A stretch of 64,000 nucleotides of DNA from a virus (IMGVR_UViG_3300048672_000527:100770-164769); one strand, 5' to 3'; positions 9,237 to 18,174 are shown, counted from the first letter of the stretch. Notes: a model not told the origin generated them from the sequence alone. Numbers and translations are program-made.

Positions 9237-11728
9237 GTCGATTTTATACAAATGTTGCTATTGTAGGTTCCAATGTTTTGGTACGGGAAATTGTAGATGG
9301 TATTCCAAATATGCGCAAGGATGCATGGGAGCCAACTCTATATGTGAAGCGGTCTGGTGAAACTCCATTTAAAACACTATACGGTGATGCTATTCATGCA
9401 CACCGACCGGGCTCGATTGTAGAAACCCGTGATTATGTAAAACAATACGACGGTGTATCTGGTTTTGAAATTTTCGGCCAGTTGAATTACTCGCTTCAAT
9501 ATATGAATGAGTATAAGCCGACGGGGTGGATGTACAAACTACTATCGGCATGGTCCTTGGATATTGAAACCAAAGTTCCAGAGGATGAAGATGGTAAGAC
9601 ATATTTTCCTACCCCGCAGAATGTTGATGGTGAAGTTATTGCCATCACTATGGTTAATATGCATACCGGAGAGGCCTTCACATGGGGATTGAATCCTTAC
9701 AACGGAAAGGACACTAATTATCTACATTGTCCTGATGAATACACCCTGCTGAAGTTGTTTATTCAGTTCCTCGAGCAGAAGAAACCTGATCTGATCACTG
9801 GTTGGAATATTGCACAGTTCGACGTACCGTATTTGCACAATCGTATCAAGCGAATTATGGGTGATGAGTCTGTGAAACGTCTTAGCCCATGGTATCGTGT
9901 TTCTTACCGTGAAAAGACTTTCATGGGAAATCTAGAGTATGAAGTCACTATTACAGGTATTTCTATTCTTGATTACATTGATTTGTACAAGAAGTATATG
10001 CTAGTGAAACAGGAGTCTTACTCATTGGGGCATATTGCTCAAGAGGAATTGGGACACACTAAAGTTGACCACAGTGAGTTTGGTACATTTAATGAATTCT
10101 GGCAGAAGGCTTGGGAAAAGTTCATCTACTATAACGTAATTGATACACAGTTGGTTCGACAGCTGGATAATAAACTCCGTCTGATTGAACTCGTGCTTAC
10201 TCTGGCATATGAAGCAAATGTTAATTATGAGGACGTTGCATCTCCAGTTAAACTATGGGATGCAATTATTGCTAATTACTGTTTGGAAAAGAATATTGTC
10301 CTCCCACAACAACAGCGTGAACAATCTCAATCCCTTGAAGGAGCTTATGTCAAGGACCCGGTACCGGGTTGGTACCACTCGGTAGTGTCTCTGGATGCTA
10401 CAAGTTTGTATCCGTCAATCATTATGACTAACAATATCAGCCCTGAAACTTGGATTGGTAATTGTGGTGCCAATATCGAGGAATTTCTTGCCGATAAAAA
10501 TATTGATGTAGATGAAAATTTCATTGTGACACCTGCTGGTGCTGTTTACTCAAAAGAGAAACGCGGTATTCTACCTGAGTTGGTCGAACACTTCATGTCG
10601 CTTCGTAAGGCAACTAAACGAGAAATGTTGGACCTTGAACAGGTGTATGAAAATACAAAGGATAAAACACTTCCAAATAAAATTGCTGCACTGGATTCAA
10701 AGCAAAACGCAATTAAAACTCTTATGAATTCTTTGTACGGTGCTACAGCTAATGAGTATTTCCGATTCTTTAAACATGATCACGCTGCGTCGATTACTCT
10801 AACTGGTCAATATGTTCTTCGTACTATTGAAAATAATATTGATGAAGCATTGAACAAAGCATTTAAGACAGATGGTATTAAGTATTTGATTTATATTGAT
10901 ACCGACTCTTTGTACTTCACTCTAGAAGGTGTTTTCAAGAAATATGGTGTGACCGATGATAAGCAAATCAAAGCATTGGAAAAAACCGCTAAGGAACGTA
11001 TCACACCCATTGTTAACAAATATTGTGATGCTTGCTGTGTTAAGATGCGGTCGTTCGATAACAAGCTTAGTTTCAAGCTGGAAGTTGCTGCAGATAAGGC
11101 TATTTGGTTGGGCAAGAAAAAGTATGCAGTCCGTGTACACTCTTCCGAGGGTGTTACATATGCCAAGCCTAAGTTCAAGGTTAAGGGTTTTGAAATGGTT
11201 CGCAGTTCAACACCACGCTTTGTTCGCGATAAACTGAAGATTGCACTGGATATTATTTTTGATAGCAACGAGAAGGGTGTGCAGAAATATATCTCGGAAG
11301 TTCGCGATGAATTCATGAAACTCCCATATCAACAGGTTGCATTCCCGCGTGGTGCTAATAATTTGTTTGAGTATTCTGATAGTAACAATATCTACAAGAA
11401 GGGTAGGGGTGAATCTACACCAATTCAAGTTCGTGCAACGTTGCTATATAATCATTACCTAAAGCATTACAAAATTGATGGTGTTTATCCCTCAATCGGC
11501 GAGGGTGAAAAAATTAAATTCCTATATTTGAAACTCCCTAATAAAATGCGTGAGAATGTTGTTGCATTCCCTGCCGAGGGAAAACTCCCAGACGAGTTTG
11601 GAGTTATTTCTGCTATTGACTACGAAGAACAATTTAATAAGACCTTCTTAGCTAGTATGCAGATTATTTTGGATGCTATTAAATGGAATGCGGTTGAAAC
11701 GAGTTCACTGGAGGACTTTTTTGGATAA
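9233..11728 (+). CDS. 43: DNA polymerase gp43 (family B)
   Basis: YIDTDS, KILINSLYGA-like motif, exo domain; GTG start after GAGG, overlaps dexA stop. Confidence 0.95.
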   Translation: MSRFYTNVAIVGSNVLVREIVDGIPNMRKDAWEPTLYVKRSGETPFKTLYGDAIHAHRPGSIVETRDYVKQYDGVSGFEIFGQLNYSLQYMNEYKPTGWMYKLLSAWSLDIETKVPEDEDGKTYFPTPQNVDGEVIAITMVNMHTGEAFTWGLNPYNGKDTNYLHCPDEYTLLKLFIQFLEQKKPDLITGWNIAQFDVPYLHNRIKRIMGDESVKRLSPWYRVSYREKTFMGNLEYEVTITGISILDYIDLYKKYMLVKQESYSLGHIAQEELGHTKVDHSEFGTFNEFWQKAWEKFIYYNVIDTQLVRQLDNKLRLIELVLTLAYEANVNYEDVASPVKLWDAIIANYCLEKNIVLPQQQREQSQSLEGAYVKDPVPGWYHSVVSLDATSLYPSIIMTNNISPETWIGNCGANIEEFLADKNIDVDENFIVTPAGAVYSKEKRGILPELVEHFMSLRKATKREMLDLEQVYENTKDKTLPNKIAALDSKQNAIKTLMNSLYGATANEYFRFFKHDHAASITLTGQYVLRTIENNIDEALNKAFKTDGIKYLIYIDTDSLYFTLEGVFKKYGVTDDKQIKALEKTAKERITPIVNKYCDACCVKMRSFDNKLSFKLEVAADKAIWLGKKKYAVRVHSSEGVTYAKPKFKVKGFEMVRSSTPRFVRDKLKIALDIIFDSNEKGVQKYISEVRDEFMKLPYQQVAFPRGANNLFEYSDSNNIYKKGRGESTPIQVRATLLYNHYLKHYKIDGVYPSIGEGEKIKFLYLKLPNKMRENVVAFPAEGKLPDEFGVISAIDYEEQFNKTFLASMQIILDAIKWNAVETSSLEDFFG

Positions 11729-11784
11729 TTTCTTGTCCTTGAAAGTTACGATATAATTAACAATATGTTTAAATGGAGAATCAC

Positions 11785-12843
11785 ATGGGATTAATGGACA
11801 GACTTAAGGCGGCCAGTACAATCAAGGAAACTGCTATTCTTGATGAAAGTAAATTTTTCAGTGATGTAGAATTTACTACTACATCCGTACCTGCTATCAA
11901 TATTGCATTTTCTGGTCGCCTTGATGGTGGATTTACTTCTGGTCTACACGTTTTCGCTGGACCTAGTAAGCACTTTAAAACCAGCTTCGCTTTGCTATCG
12001 GCAAAGGCTTATATGGATAAACACAAGGATAGTGTGTGTTTGTTTTATGACTCTGAGTTTGGTACACCACAATCTTACTTCGATTCGTTTGGGATTGATA
12101 AGAGTCGTGTTTTGCATACTCCAATCACAGACATCGAGCAGTTGAAGTTTGATATTATGAAGCAGCTTGATGGTATTAAGCGTGGTGATAAGGTTATTTT
12201 TGTTATTGACTCTATCGGTAATCTGGCTTCAAAGAAGGAAGTTGAAGACGCACTGAGTGAAAAATCAGTGGCAGATATGAGCCGTGCTAAACAACTGAAG
12301 TCTCTGTTCCGTATGGTAACACCACACTTGAGTCTAAAGGACCTACCTATGATTGTGGTTAATCACATTTATATGGAACAGGGTTTGTATCCAAAGGCTA
12401 TTGTATCAGGTGGCACAGGTATCTACTATTCTGCAAATACAATTTGGATTATTGGTCGTTCTCAAGAGAAGGATGGTACTGAAGTCGCTGGCTATAACTT
12501 CAACGTCACTGTAGAGAAGTCTCGTTTCGCCCGCGAAAAATCTCGTATCCCTGTTACTGTTATGCATGGTGGTGGATTACAGAAATACTCGGGTCTACTT
12601 GATATTGCTCTTGAATCTGGTCATGTGATCAAGCCGAGCAATGGTTGGTACCAATCTGTTGACAAGGAAACAGGCGAGATTTCTGAAAAGAAATACCGCA
12701 TCGCAGATACAAATGTTGCTGCATTCTGGGAGCCAATTCTCTCTAGTGCGTCCTTTAAGGAATATGTTGAGACACAATATAGTGTTGCAAATGGCTCTAT
12801 TATGAGTGATTCAGAAATTGATGATGAAATGGAAGCAGCATGA
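11785..12843 (+). CDS. uvsX: recombinase UvsX (RecA-like)
   Basis: GPSKHFKTSF Walker A, global similarity to T4 UvsX; ATG after GGAG. Confidence 0.9.
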   Translation: MGLMDRLKAASTIKETAILDESKFFSDVEFTTTSVPAINIAFSGRLDGGFTSGLHVFAGPSKHFKTSFALLSAKAYMDKHKDSVCLFYDSEFGTPQSYFDSFGIDKSRVLHTPITDIEQLKFDIMKQLDGIKRGDKVIFVIDSIGNLASKKEVEDALSEKSVADMSRAKQLKSLFRMVTPHLSLKDLPMIVVNHIYMEQGLYPKAIVSGGTGIYYSANTIWIIGRSQEKDGTEVAGYNFNVTVEKSRFAREKSRIPVTVMHGGGLQKYSGLLDIALESGHVIKPSNGWYQSVDKETGEISEKKYRIADTNVAAFWEPILSSASFKEYVETQYSVANGSIMSDSEIDDEMEAA

Positions 12844-13313
12844 AATTTCAGGATGTGATCGAGGGGTTGACCCTTGCTAATCATGGTGATAATGAGACTG
12901 CTATCACTATTAACCATGGTGACTTTAAGGGTGTAGTCTTTAAGTTTGGGCGTGTTTGGTTTCCCGATCCCGAACAACCAATTTTGTCTTTTGAATACGA
13001 TTTGATTTCTACGGATAAGAAAATCGTATCACTGACAAAAGATAATCCGGATTTCCGTTTACTATTGGGTAATATCCTACAGCAAATGTTGGTCAAAGCC
13101 ATGGGCGATGGCACTGCTGTTTATTCTGGCGGAGTCGAAGAAGTTATTGAAGGTGATGGCGGAGAATATATGTCAACACATGTGGTACCTGAGAGACCAA
13201 GTATTTTTACTGCTATTCAAGAATCAAATAAGATCATGCTCCCAGAGGATTATAAGGTCCCGGAACCAGAGTATGGCACATCAATGTCACGTAATCTCCT
13301 AGAAGGACTTTAA
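12840..13313 (+). CDS. hypothetical protein (positional equivalent of T4 gene 40; unverified)
   Basis: ORF between uvsX and 41; ATGA overlap. Confidence 0.5.
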   Translation: MKFQDVIEGLTLANHGDNETAITINHGDFKGVVFKFGRVWFPDPEQPILSFEYDLISTDKKIVSLTKDNPDFRLLLGNILQQMLVKAMGDGTAVYSGGVEEVIEGDGGEYMSTHVVPERPSIFTAIQESNKIMLPEDYKVPEPEYGTSMSRNLLEGL

Positions 13314-14752
13314 TGCGCGTAGAAGATCAGATTTTATCCAATCTGCTAACAAATGAGGACTTTGCACGTAAGTGCATTCCTTTTTTAGAAACATCATATT
13401 TTGCTGAAAAGACAGACCAAGCAATCTTGCAAGAGTCTGTCAATTTTTTCACGAAGTATAACAAACCAATCACTAAGGATATTCTAAAGATTGAACTTGG
13501 TAATAGGAAGGATGTTTCTCATACAGTCCTAGAAAAAGCCGTAGAACAAATCGATACACTACCGTCGGAAGTAACTTCTGTTGATTGGCTGGTACCACAG
13601 ACAGAAAAGTTCTGTAAGGACCGAGCTATCTATAATGCAATTCTTAAAAGCATTAAGATCATCGAAGGTGAAGACCCGAATAAAACACATGATGCAATCC
13701 CTGGTTTATTGACGGACGCATTATCGGTTTGCTTTGATACTGCGGTTGGACACAGTTATACTACGGATGCCGCAAGTCGTTGGGAATTTTACAACCGTAA
13801 GGAAGAAAAGATTCCATTTGACTTGAAGATGCTGAACAAAATCACCAAAGGTGGTTTAGCACGCAAGGCTCTTTATGGAGTTGCTGCAGAATCCGGTGGC
13901 GGTAAGAGTTTGTTTATGACACACGTCGCCGCCGCCACTCTACGCCAAGGTCGTAATGTTCTCTATATCTCCATGGAAATGGCCGAAGAGAAAATTGCAG
14001 AACGCATCGATGCTAATATGCTTCGCGTAGATATTAATAAACTGGCCGAAATGGGTAAGGATGAGTTTGTCACAAAGATTGATAAGATTCAAGCCAAGAC
14101 TCAAGGTAAGTTGTTTATTAAGGAATATCCGACTGGTAGTGCTCACGTAGGACACTTCCGTGCTTTATTGGAAGAACTTAAGATCAAGCAGGGATTTGTT
14201 CCTGAACTTATCATTGTTGACTATTTGGGTATCTGCGCAAGTAGTCGTATGAAGATGGGTGGCTCTGTTAATACCTATTCTTATATCAAATCTGTAGCAG
14301 AAGAACTGCGTGGCTTGGCTGTAGAGTATAATGTTCCAATCTTGACTGGTGTTCAGTTGAACCGCAGCGGCTTTGGTAATAGCGAAGTTGAAAGTTCTAA
14401 CACAGCAGATTCTATGGGTCTTGTTATGACACTTGATATGTTGTTTGCATTAATCCGTAGTGAAGAGCTGGATGAACAGAATAGCATTATGGTTAAGCAG
14501 TTAAAAAATCGATATAGTGATCCAGGTGAGGATAAGAGATTCTTGATTGGAATTAACAGACCTAAGATGACATTCTATGATTTGGAAGATTCTGCTCAGG
14601 GAGCAATCTTGCCAGAAGCAACATCAGGAAAAACATATGCCCCAAGAAAGCAAGCAGAAAGTAAAGAAGAGTCGAAGTGGGAAAAAGCCACAGGTACACC
14701 AGCATGGGAAGTCAAAACCAAGGGTCTCGATCCGTCCGGTTTCACCTTCTGA
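13313..14752 (+). CDS. 41: replicative DNA helicase gp41 (DnaB-like)
   Basis: GGGKSLFMTHVAAA Walker A, RecA-fold motifs, size 479 aa vs T4 475. Confidence 0.9.
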   Translation: MRVEDQILSNLLTNEDFARKCIPFLETSYFAEKTDQAILQESVNFFTKYNKPITKDILKIELGNRKDVSHTVLEKAVEQIDTLPSEVTSVDWLVPQTEKFCKDRAIYNAILKSIKIIEGEDPNKTHDAIPGLLTDALSVCFDTAVGHSYTTDAASRWEFYNRKEEKIPFDLKMLNKITKGGLARKALYGVAAESGGGKSLFMTHVAAATLRQGRNVLYISMEMAEEKIAERIDANMLRVDINKLAEMGKDEFVTKIDKIQAKTQGKLFIKEYPTGSAHVGHFRALLEELKIKQGFVPELIIVDYLGICASSRMKMGGSVNTYSYIKSVAEELRGLAVEYNVPILTGVQLNRSGFGNSEVESSNTADSMGLVMTLDMLFALIRSEELDEQNSIMVKQLKNRYSDPGEDKRFLIGINRPKMTFYDLEDSAQGAILPEATSGKTYAPRKQAESKEESKWEKATGTPAWEVKTKGLDPSGFTF

Positions 14753-14816
14753 GCTTAAGGAAATTTTTTCCCAACAAATTAGAGAATCTTATAGTAAAGA
14801 CAGACTTTTTAATTAT

Positions 14817-14845
14817 TTTACTTTTAATGGTAAAGATGTTATACT
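14817..14845 (+). promoter_or_regulatory. early-type promoter (TTTACT-17-TATACT) with no downstream gene
   Basis: TTTACTTTTAATGGTAAAGATGTTATACT. Confidence 0.5.
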
Positions 14846-15078
14846 AGAAACAGTAAAACTCTGGGAGATTGGAAGTCTGTGTTCAAAATTTTATTTTGAA
14901 AAAGATGATCAAATTGGTAGATTTTTACCGGTTTTTCGTTATCTTAAAGATTAAGAACACTAAATAAAATATATGTTAAAATTTAAACTTTCATCGCTAA
15001 CACTCCGCCACGAATGCTCTTTTGAGCAGATCGACGGCTATACACCTGCGAGCATTAATGCGGGATGGGATTGTTAAT

Positions 15079-15118
15079 GGGCTTTTTGTAATCGGTTTCT
15101 AATTTCTACAAAAAGCCC
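15079..15118. terminator. long hairpin GGGCTTTTT..22..AAAAAGCCC (possible bidirectional terminator element)
   Basis: 9-bp perfect stem. Confidence 0.5.
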
Positions 15119-15141
15119 TCTAGAAATAGTAGGGCTTTTTT
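15115..15141 (+). terminator. rho-independent terminator
   Basis: GCCCT..11..AGGGC then TTTTTT. Confidence 0.8.
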
Positions 15142-15154
15142 ATTGGGGTTAATT

Positions 15155-15715
15155 ATGACAAGAATTTTGGCATTGGACGTAGGCGGAACGCCTCGGAGTT
15201 GGATTAGTTTAGAACAAGCGGCATGTTATCATGCCACAAACTCTGTTGCATGGCAATGGGGCGAAGAAAAATTTGTGCTACGTGGTGGATACCAAAACGA
15301 TGGTACTCAATCTGTGATTGAAACATCTAGTATTATCGCCGTCAAGTCACAGAGTGGCTTCAGTATGGATAAGATTCATAAGGAAGTTGTTTTGAGTAAC
15401 CGAACACTGTTCGGTCGTGACCGTAACACTTGTGCTTACTGTGGTCGTGAATTCGGTCCTAGTAAGCTCAGTCGGGATCATATTCACCCGCGTAGTCGTG
15501 GTGGATTGGATGTGTGGACGAACGTTGTAACTGCTTGCCGTGATTGTAACTGCGACAAGGATGACCAAACGTTGAAGGAAGCAGGTATGGAACTTTTGTA
15601 CCTACCTTATGTTCCCAGCCACGCTGAAAAGTTACTTTTGGAAGGACACAAGATATTAAATGACCAGATGATATTTCTTAAGGAAAGATTACCTAAGAAT
15701 TCAAGACTCAATTAA
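15155..15715 (+). CDS. HNH endonuclease (free-standing, homing-type)
   Basis: CAYCG..DHIHP..GG..N..CRDCN HNH motif; sits at edge of tRNA array. Confidence 0.8.
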   Translation: MTRILALDVGGTPRSWISLEQAACYHATNSVAWQWGEEKFVLRGGYQNDGTQSVIETSSIIAVKSQSGFSMDKIHKEVVLSNRTLFGRDRNTCAYCGREFGPSKLSRDHIHPRSRGGLDVWTNVVTACRDCNCDKDDQTLKEAGMELLYLPYVPSHAEKLLLEGHKILNDQMIFLKERLPKNSRLN

Positions 15716-15804
15716 TTGATAACCTTTTCCAGAACCTCTAGATATTGGGGTTCTATTTAATGAATTGTAAAGAGAATTATAAGAAATTTTATTCGTGAGT
15801 GTGT

Positions 15805-15810
15805 TACAAT
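15805..15810 (+). promoter_or_regulatory. degenerate early promoter copy (-10 TACAAT inside stem-loop GTGAGT..ACTCAC)
   Basis: ATTTTATTCGTGAGTGTGTTACAATACTCAC. Confidence 0.35.
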
Positions 15811-15884
15811 ACTCACATGCAACGGGGAAACAGATAAGGACACCCTGTATAGTTGCAGAAGTTGTAAGTTGGATAATTTGATTA

Positions 15885-15913
15885 TTTTCTTTTATTCAAC
15901 AATGTGATACAAT
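15885..15913 (+). promoter_or_regulatory. early promoter (TTTTCT / TACAAT), tandem copy 2 upstream of tRNA array
   Basis: direct repeat AATTGATTATTTTCTTTTATTCAA shared with copy 3. Confidence 0.55.
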
Positions 15914-15990
15914 AACTCACATAACGGCGATAAATGATAGAGTTAATCGCTTAGTGTTCATTAAAAACAAGTTCTGAATTAAATTGATTA

Positions 15991-16019
15991 TTTTCTTTTA
16001 TTCAAAACTGTGTTATAAT
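15991..16019 (+). promoter_or_regulatory. early promoter, tandem copy 3; -10 inside stem-loop GTGTT-ATAATA-AACAC
   Basis: TTTTCTTTTATTCAAAACTGTGTTATAAT. Confidence 0.65.
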
Positions 16020-16080
16020 AAACACTTCAACAAGCATAAGCCATCGAGCTAGTTTGTAAAATGTTTCTTTAAAAATTAGT

Positions 16081-16260
16081 TCGATAGTATTCCTCTACAT
16101 CGATTGCAACGCGATCCTATGTCGGGAGACAACTGGTGGTGTAATAACCCGGTTGGAGGAATCATTTCAAAGTGTTGGTATCCGGTTAAACTCCGGTAGT
16201 TTCTGAGACGTCGGGAGCATAGCCAGCTAGCACTTTGAAATGATAAACAAACAATAAAAA
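16081..16260 (+). ncRNA. structured leader / small RNA candidate (14-bp long-range stem 16161-16174 / 16231-16244 enclosing hairpins)
   Basis: ATCATTTCAAAGTG ... CACTTTGAAATGAT perfect inverted repeat; no cloverleaf found. Confidence 0.3.
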
Positions 16261-16271
16261 TAAGAATTTAT

Positions 16272-16345
16272 AGGGTGTTGGTGTAATGGCAACACGGCGG
16301 TCTCCAAAACCGTTGTTAAAGGTTCGAGTCCTTTACGCCCTGCCA
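16272..16345 (+). tRNA. tRNA-Trp (CCA)
   Basis: acceptor AGGGTGT/ACGCCCT, loop CTCCAAA, T-arm GGTTCGAGTCC, CCA end. Confidence 0.8.
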
Positions 16346-16357
16346 AATATGAATTAT

Positions 16358-16432
16358 GCCCCGGTCGTCTAGTGGCTAGGATATCTGCCCTTCAAGCAGA
16401 GGAAGTGGGATCGAAACCCATTCGGGGTACCA
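16358..16432 (+). tRNA. tRNA-Glu (TTC)
   Basis: D-loop TCTAGTGGCTAGGA like E. coli tRNA-Glu; loop CCTTCAA. Confidence 0.75.
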
Positions 16433-16440
16433 AGATATGT

Positions 16441-16524
16441 GGAGCATTGGCAGAGAGGACGATTGCGTCTGACTGTAAATCAGATCTTAACAGCACGGTG
16501 GTTCGAATCCATCATGCTCCACCA
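16441..16524 (+). tRNA. tRNA-Tyr (GTA), class II
   Basis: acceptor GGAGCAT/ATGCTCC, loop CTGTAAA, long variable arm, TTCGAAT T-loop. Confidence 0.75.
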
Positions 16525-16620
16525 AATTTTCTGGGGCGGTACCATACAGTGTATCGAAATATGGAGTCACTTGTCGATAACGGCAGTGTAAAATCTTCCG
16601 TTCCTCGGGATCGTTATTAT
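16525..16620 (+). pseudogene. degenerate tRNA remnant (fragments ..GGGCGGTACCA and CTCGGGATCGTTATTATGGG)
   Basis: resembles 3' parts of neighbouring ATCGTTA-type tRNAs but no cloverleaf. Confidence 0.25.
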
Positions 16621-16696
16621 GGGCTGGTAGTGATAGAGGGCTACACGTCGCACTTGCAATGCGAAGATCGGGGATCGTTACCCCGCCGGTCCACCA
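16621..16696 (+). tRNA. tRNA-Ala (TGC); non-canonical T-loop ATCGTTA
   Basis: acceptor GGGCTGG/CCGGTCC, AC stem TCGCA/TGCGA loop CTTGCAA. Confidence 0.7.
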
Positions 16697-16822
16697 ATAA
16701 TTTGGGGCAGATGGTTCATTAAAATTATCCTCGAGGGGTGTTACTGATGGGTTCGAAACCAGAACATAACATTGTAAATAATTTTATTGTGGGTTCGATT
16801 CCCGCAGGCTCCACCAAATAAT

Positions 16823-16906
16823 GCGCCGGTGGCTAGTGGAAATTTGGTACACCTAACGGTCTTAGAAGCCGTGCTTTTGAGGGTTCGAGTCCCTCCCGGC
16901 GCACCA
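16823..16906 (+). tRNA. tRNA-Leu (TAG)
   Basis: perfect acceptor GCGCCGG/CCGGCGC, loop CTTAGAA, T-arm GAGGGTTCGAGTCCCTC; enlarged D region. Confidence 0.6.
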
Positions 16907-16912
16907 CTTGAT

Positions 16913-16986
16913 GGGGTTGAAGCTTTAAAGTGAAGCAACTGGCTTTTAACCAGTAGAAGAGGGGCCAGTACCCTCCAGCCCTACCA
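16913..16986 (+). tRNA. tRNA-Lys (TTT); T-loop GCCAGTA, D-loop lacks GG
   Basis: acceptor GGGGTTG/CAGCCCT, AC ACTGG-CTTTTAA-CCAGT. Confidence 0.65.
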
Positions 16987-17083
16987 ATTAGTAGAATGCA
17001 TGGTTGCCATCACCACAATGCGAATTGGCCTACAGCACTGTTTGATGTTTTAGTGTAGAATAAGAAAACATCAAGAATTTAAT

Positions 17084-17157
17084 GCCGCTTTAGTTAAAAA
17101 GTATAACATCGTGCTGATAACGCGAAGTCGGAGGAGCGTTACCTCCCGGCGGTACCA
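17084..17157 (+). tRNA. tRNA-Ile (GAT); T-loop AGCGTTA
   Basis: AC TCGTG-CTGATAA-CGCGA, D GTTA/TAAC, CCA end. Confidence 0.65.
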
Positions 17158-17163
17158 AATAAT

Positions 17164-17258
17164 GGAGTTAGTTTCCCGGAATGTGCCCGGGACCCGCATG
17201 TTGAGCGGTGACCTAAGACGTTGGGTAGCATAGGTTAAAGTCCTTTCAAACTCCACCA
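17164..17258 (+). tRNA. tRNA-like, abnormally long (95 nt), identity undetermined
   Basis: GGAGTTA ... AAACTCC-A-CCA acceptor pairing; internal arms not resolved. Confidence 0.3.
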
Positions 17259-17266
17259 ATAAATTT

Positions 17267-17343
17267 CTGGCATTCATAATAACTGGATAATTGACAAGGC
17301 TACGAACCTTGGGATGGGAGTTCGAATCTCTCATGCCGGACCA
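17267..17343 (+). tRNA. tRNA-Arg (ACG)
   Basis: AC CAAGG-CTACGAA-CCTTG; T-arm GGGAGTTCGAATCTCTC; CCA. Confidence 0.8.
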
Positions 17344-17451
17344 TGATGCACAGCATCGCTTTATGCTGTGGTAGAATAGCCTCTGGATACATGTTAACAA
17401 GCTTCTCAAACTACAACCAGAGTCCTCGCAAAAGGACATAGCAAGAATTTT

Positions 17452-17526
17452 GGTCTCAAAGTGTTCATGGACGCACACGACACTGTCACTGTCGAAGAGG
17501 GGGATCGTTACCCCCTGGGACCGCCA
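17452..17526 (+). tRNA. tRNA-Asp (GTC); T-loop ATCGTTA
   Basis: loop CTGTCAC identical to E. coli tRNA-Asp; acceptor GGTCTCA/TGGGACC. Confidence 0.75.
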
Positions 17527-17534
17527 ATTTTTAT

Positions 17535-17613
17535 TCCGTAAAACCCGAGCATGGTGCATGGGCGTGACTGTTAATCACTGGTTAGGCTGGTTCGATCCCA
17601 GCATGCGGAGCCA
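17535..17613 (+). tRNA. tRNA-Asn (GTT)
   Basis: loop CTGTTAA, T-arm GCTGGTTCGATCCCAGC, discriminator G like E. coli tRNA-Asn. Confidence 0.7.
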
Positions 17614-17704
17614 ATTGCGTAAGTTGCTAACATTGAAATATGTCGTTAAAGAGTAAAGAAGTTGGTATTATGGAATGCACATAATACGCGAATTTCAAAT
17701 ATTT

Positions 17705-17775
17705 CTCCGCGAAGCGTTACGGTAGCGTTCCTGACCTGGAATCAGGGGGCGGTGGTTCGACTCCACCCGCGGTGA
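17705..17775 (+). tRNA. tRNA-like (anticodon loop CCTGGAA, Pro-like?); CCA not encoded
   Basis: T-arm GGTGGTTCGACTCCACC, acceptor CTCCGCG/CGCGGTG; irregular D-arm. Confidence 0.4.
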
Positions 17776-17927
17776 CAAAATGAATGGGTTAGCAAGAGCC
17801 CAAGAGTAATCGCCGACCATGAGCTGCACGTGGTGTAAACAAGACCGATCATCTTGTCAACAACGGCGGGGTAAAAGACCCAAGAAACAGCACCGAATTG
17901 AAAAGAATGAAAATTCATTCTTATATG

Positions 17928-18000
17928 TGGGTATTAGTTCAATAGTAGAATATTCGTCTGTGAAACGAAAGACCAGGGAGCGTAACCCGGTACCCAACCA
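17928..18000 (+). tRNA. tRNA-His (GTG); T-loop AGCGTAA
   Basis: acceptor TGGGTAT/GTACCCA, AC TTCGT-CTGTGAA-ACGAA. Confidence 0.65.
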
Positions 18001-18008
18001 AAATATTT

Positions 18009-18084
18009 GCCTCTTAAGCTAATCAAGTGAAAGCGATGGACTGAAAATCCGTAGAGACTGGCGCGATACCAGTAGGAGGCACCA
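18009..18084 (+). tRNA. tRNA-Phe (GAA); T-loop CGCGATA
   Basis: acceptor GCCTCTT/AGGAGGC, AC ATGGA-CTGAAAA-TCCGT. Confidence 0.7.
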
Positions 18085-18098
18085 AAATGCAAAAAATT

Positions 18099-18174
18099 GC
18101 TCGCGAAGTATTAGCTGGTGGTATGCTTGTTTCGTAATCAAGAGGATCGAGTTCGAGGCTCGACGTGAGCTCCA
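18099..18174 (+). tRNA. tRNA-Thr (CGT), tentative
   Basis: acceptor GCTCGCG/CGTGAGC, T-arm TCGAGTTCGAGGCTCGA, loop TTCGTAA. Confidence 0.6.

Larger units (their letters stand above)
14852..15141 (+). ncRNA. candidate ~290-nt non-coding transcript (promoter to terminator, no convincing ORF)
   Basis: bracketed by promoter 14817 and terminator 15115; only 16-34 aa ORFs without RBS. Confidence 0.3.

Noticed and set aside
14577-14954. ORF 14577..14954 overlapping the end of gene 41
   Set aside because: It has no in-frame ATG after the gp41 stop. The non-overlapping part is an AT-rich intergenic region holding a promoter and terminators.
16372-17656. Six-frame ORFs of 60-160 aa on both strands across the tRNA array (e.g. 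16372..16722, 17071..17559, 17450..17656)
   Set aside because: They overlap well-formed tRNA genes. They have no RBS and odd composition. They are artefacts of the GC-richer tRNA sequence.
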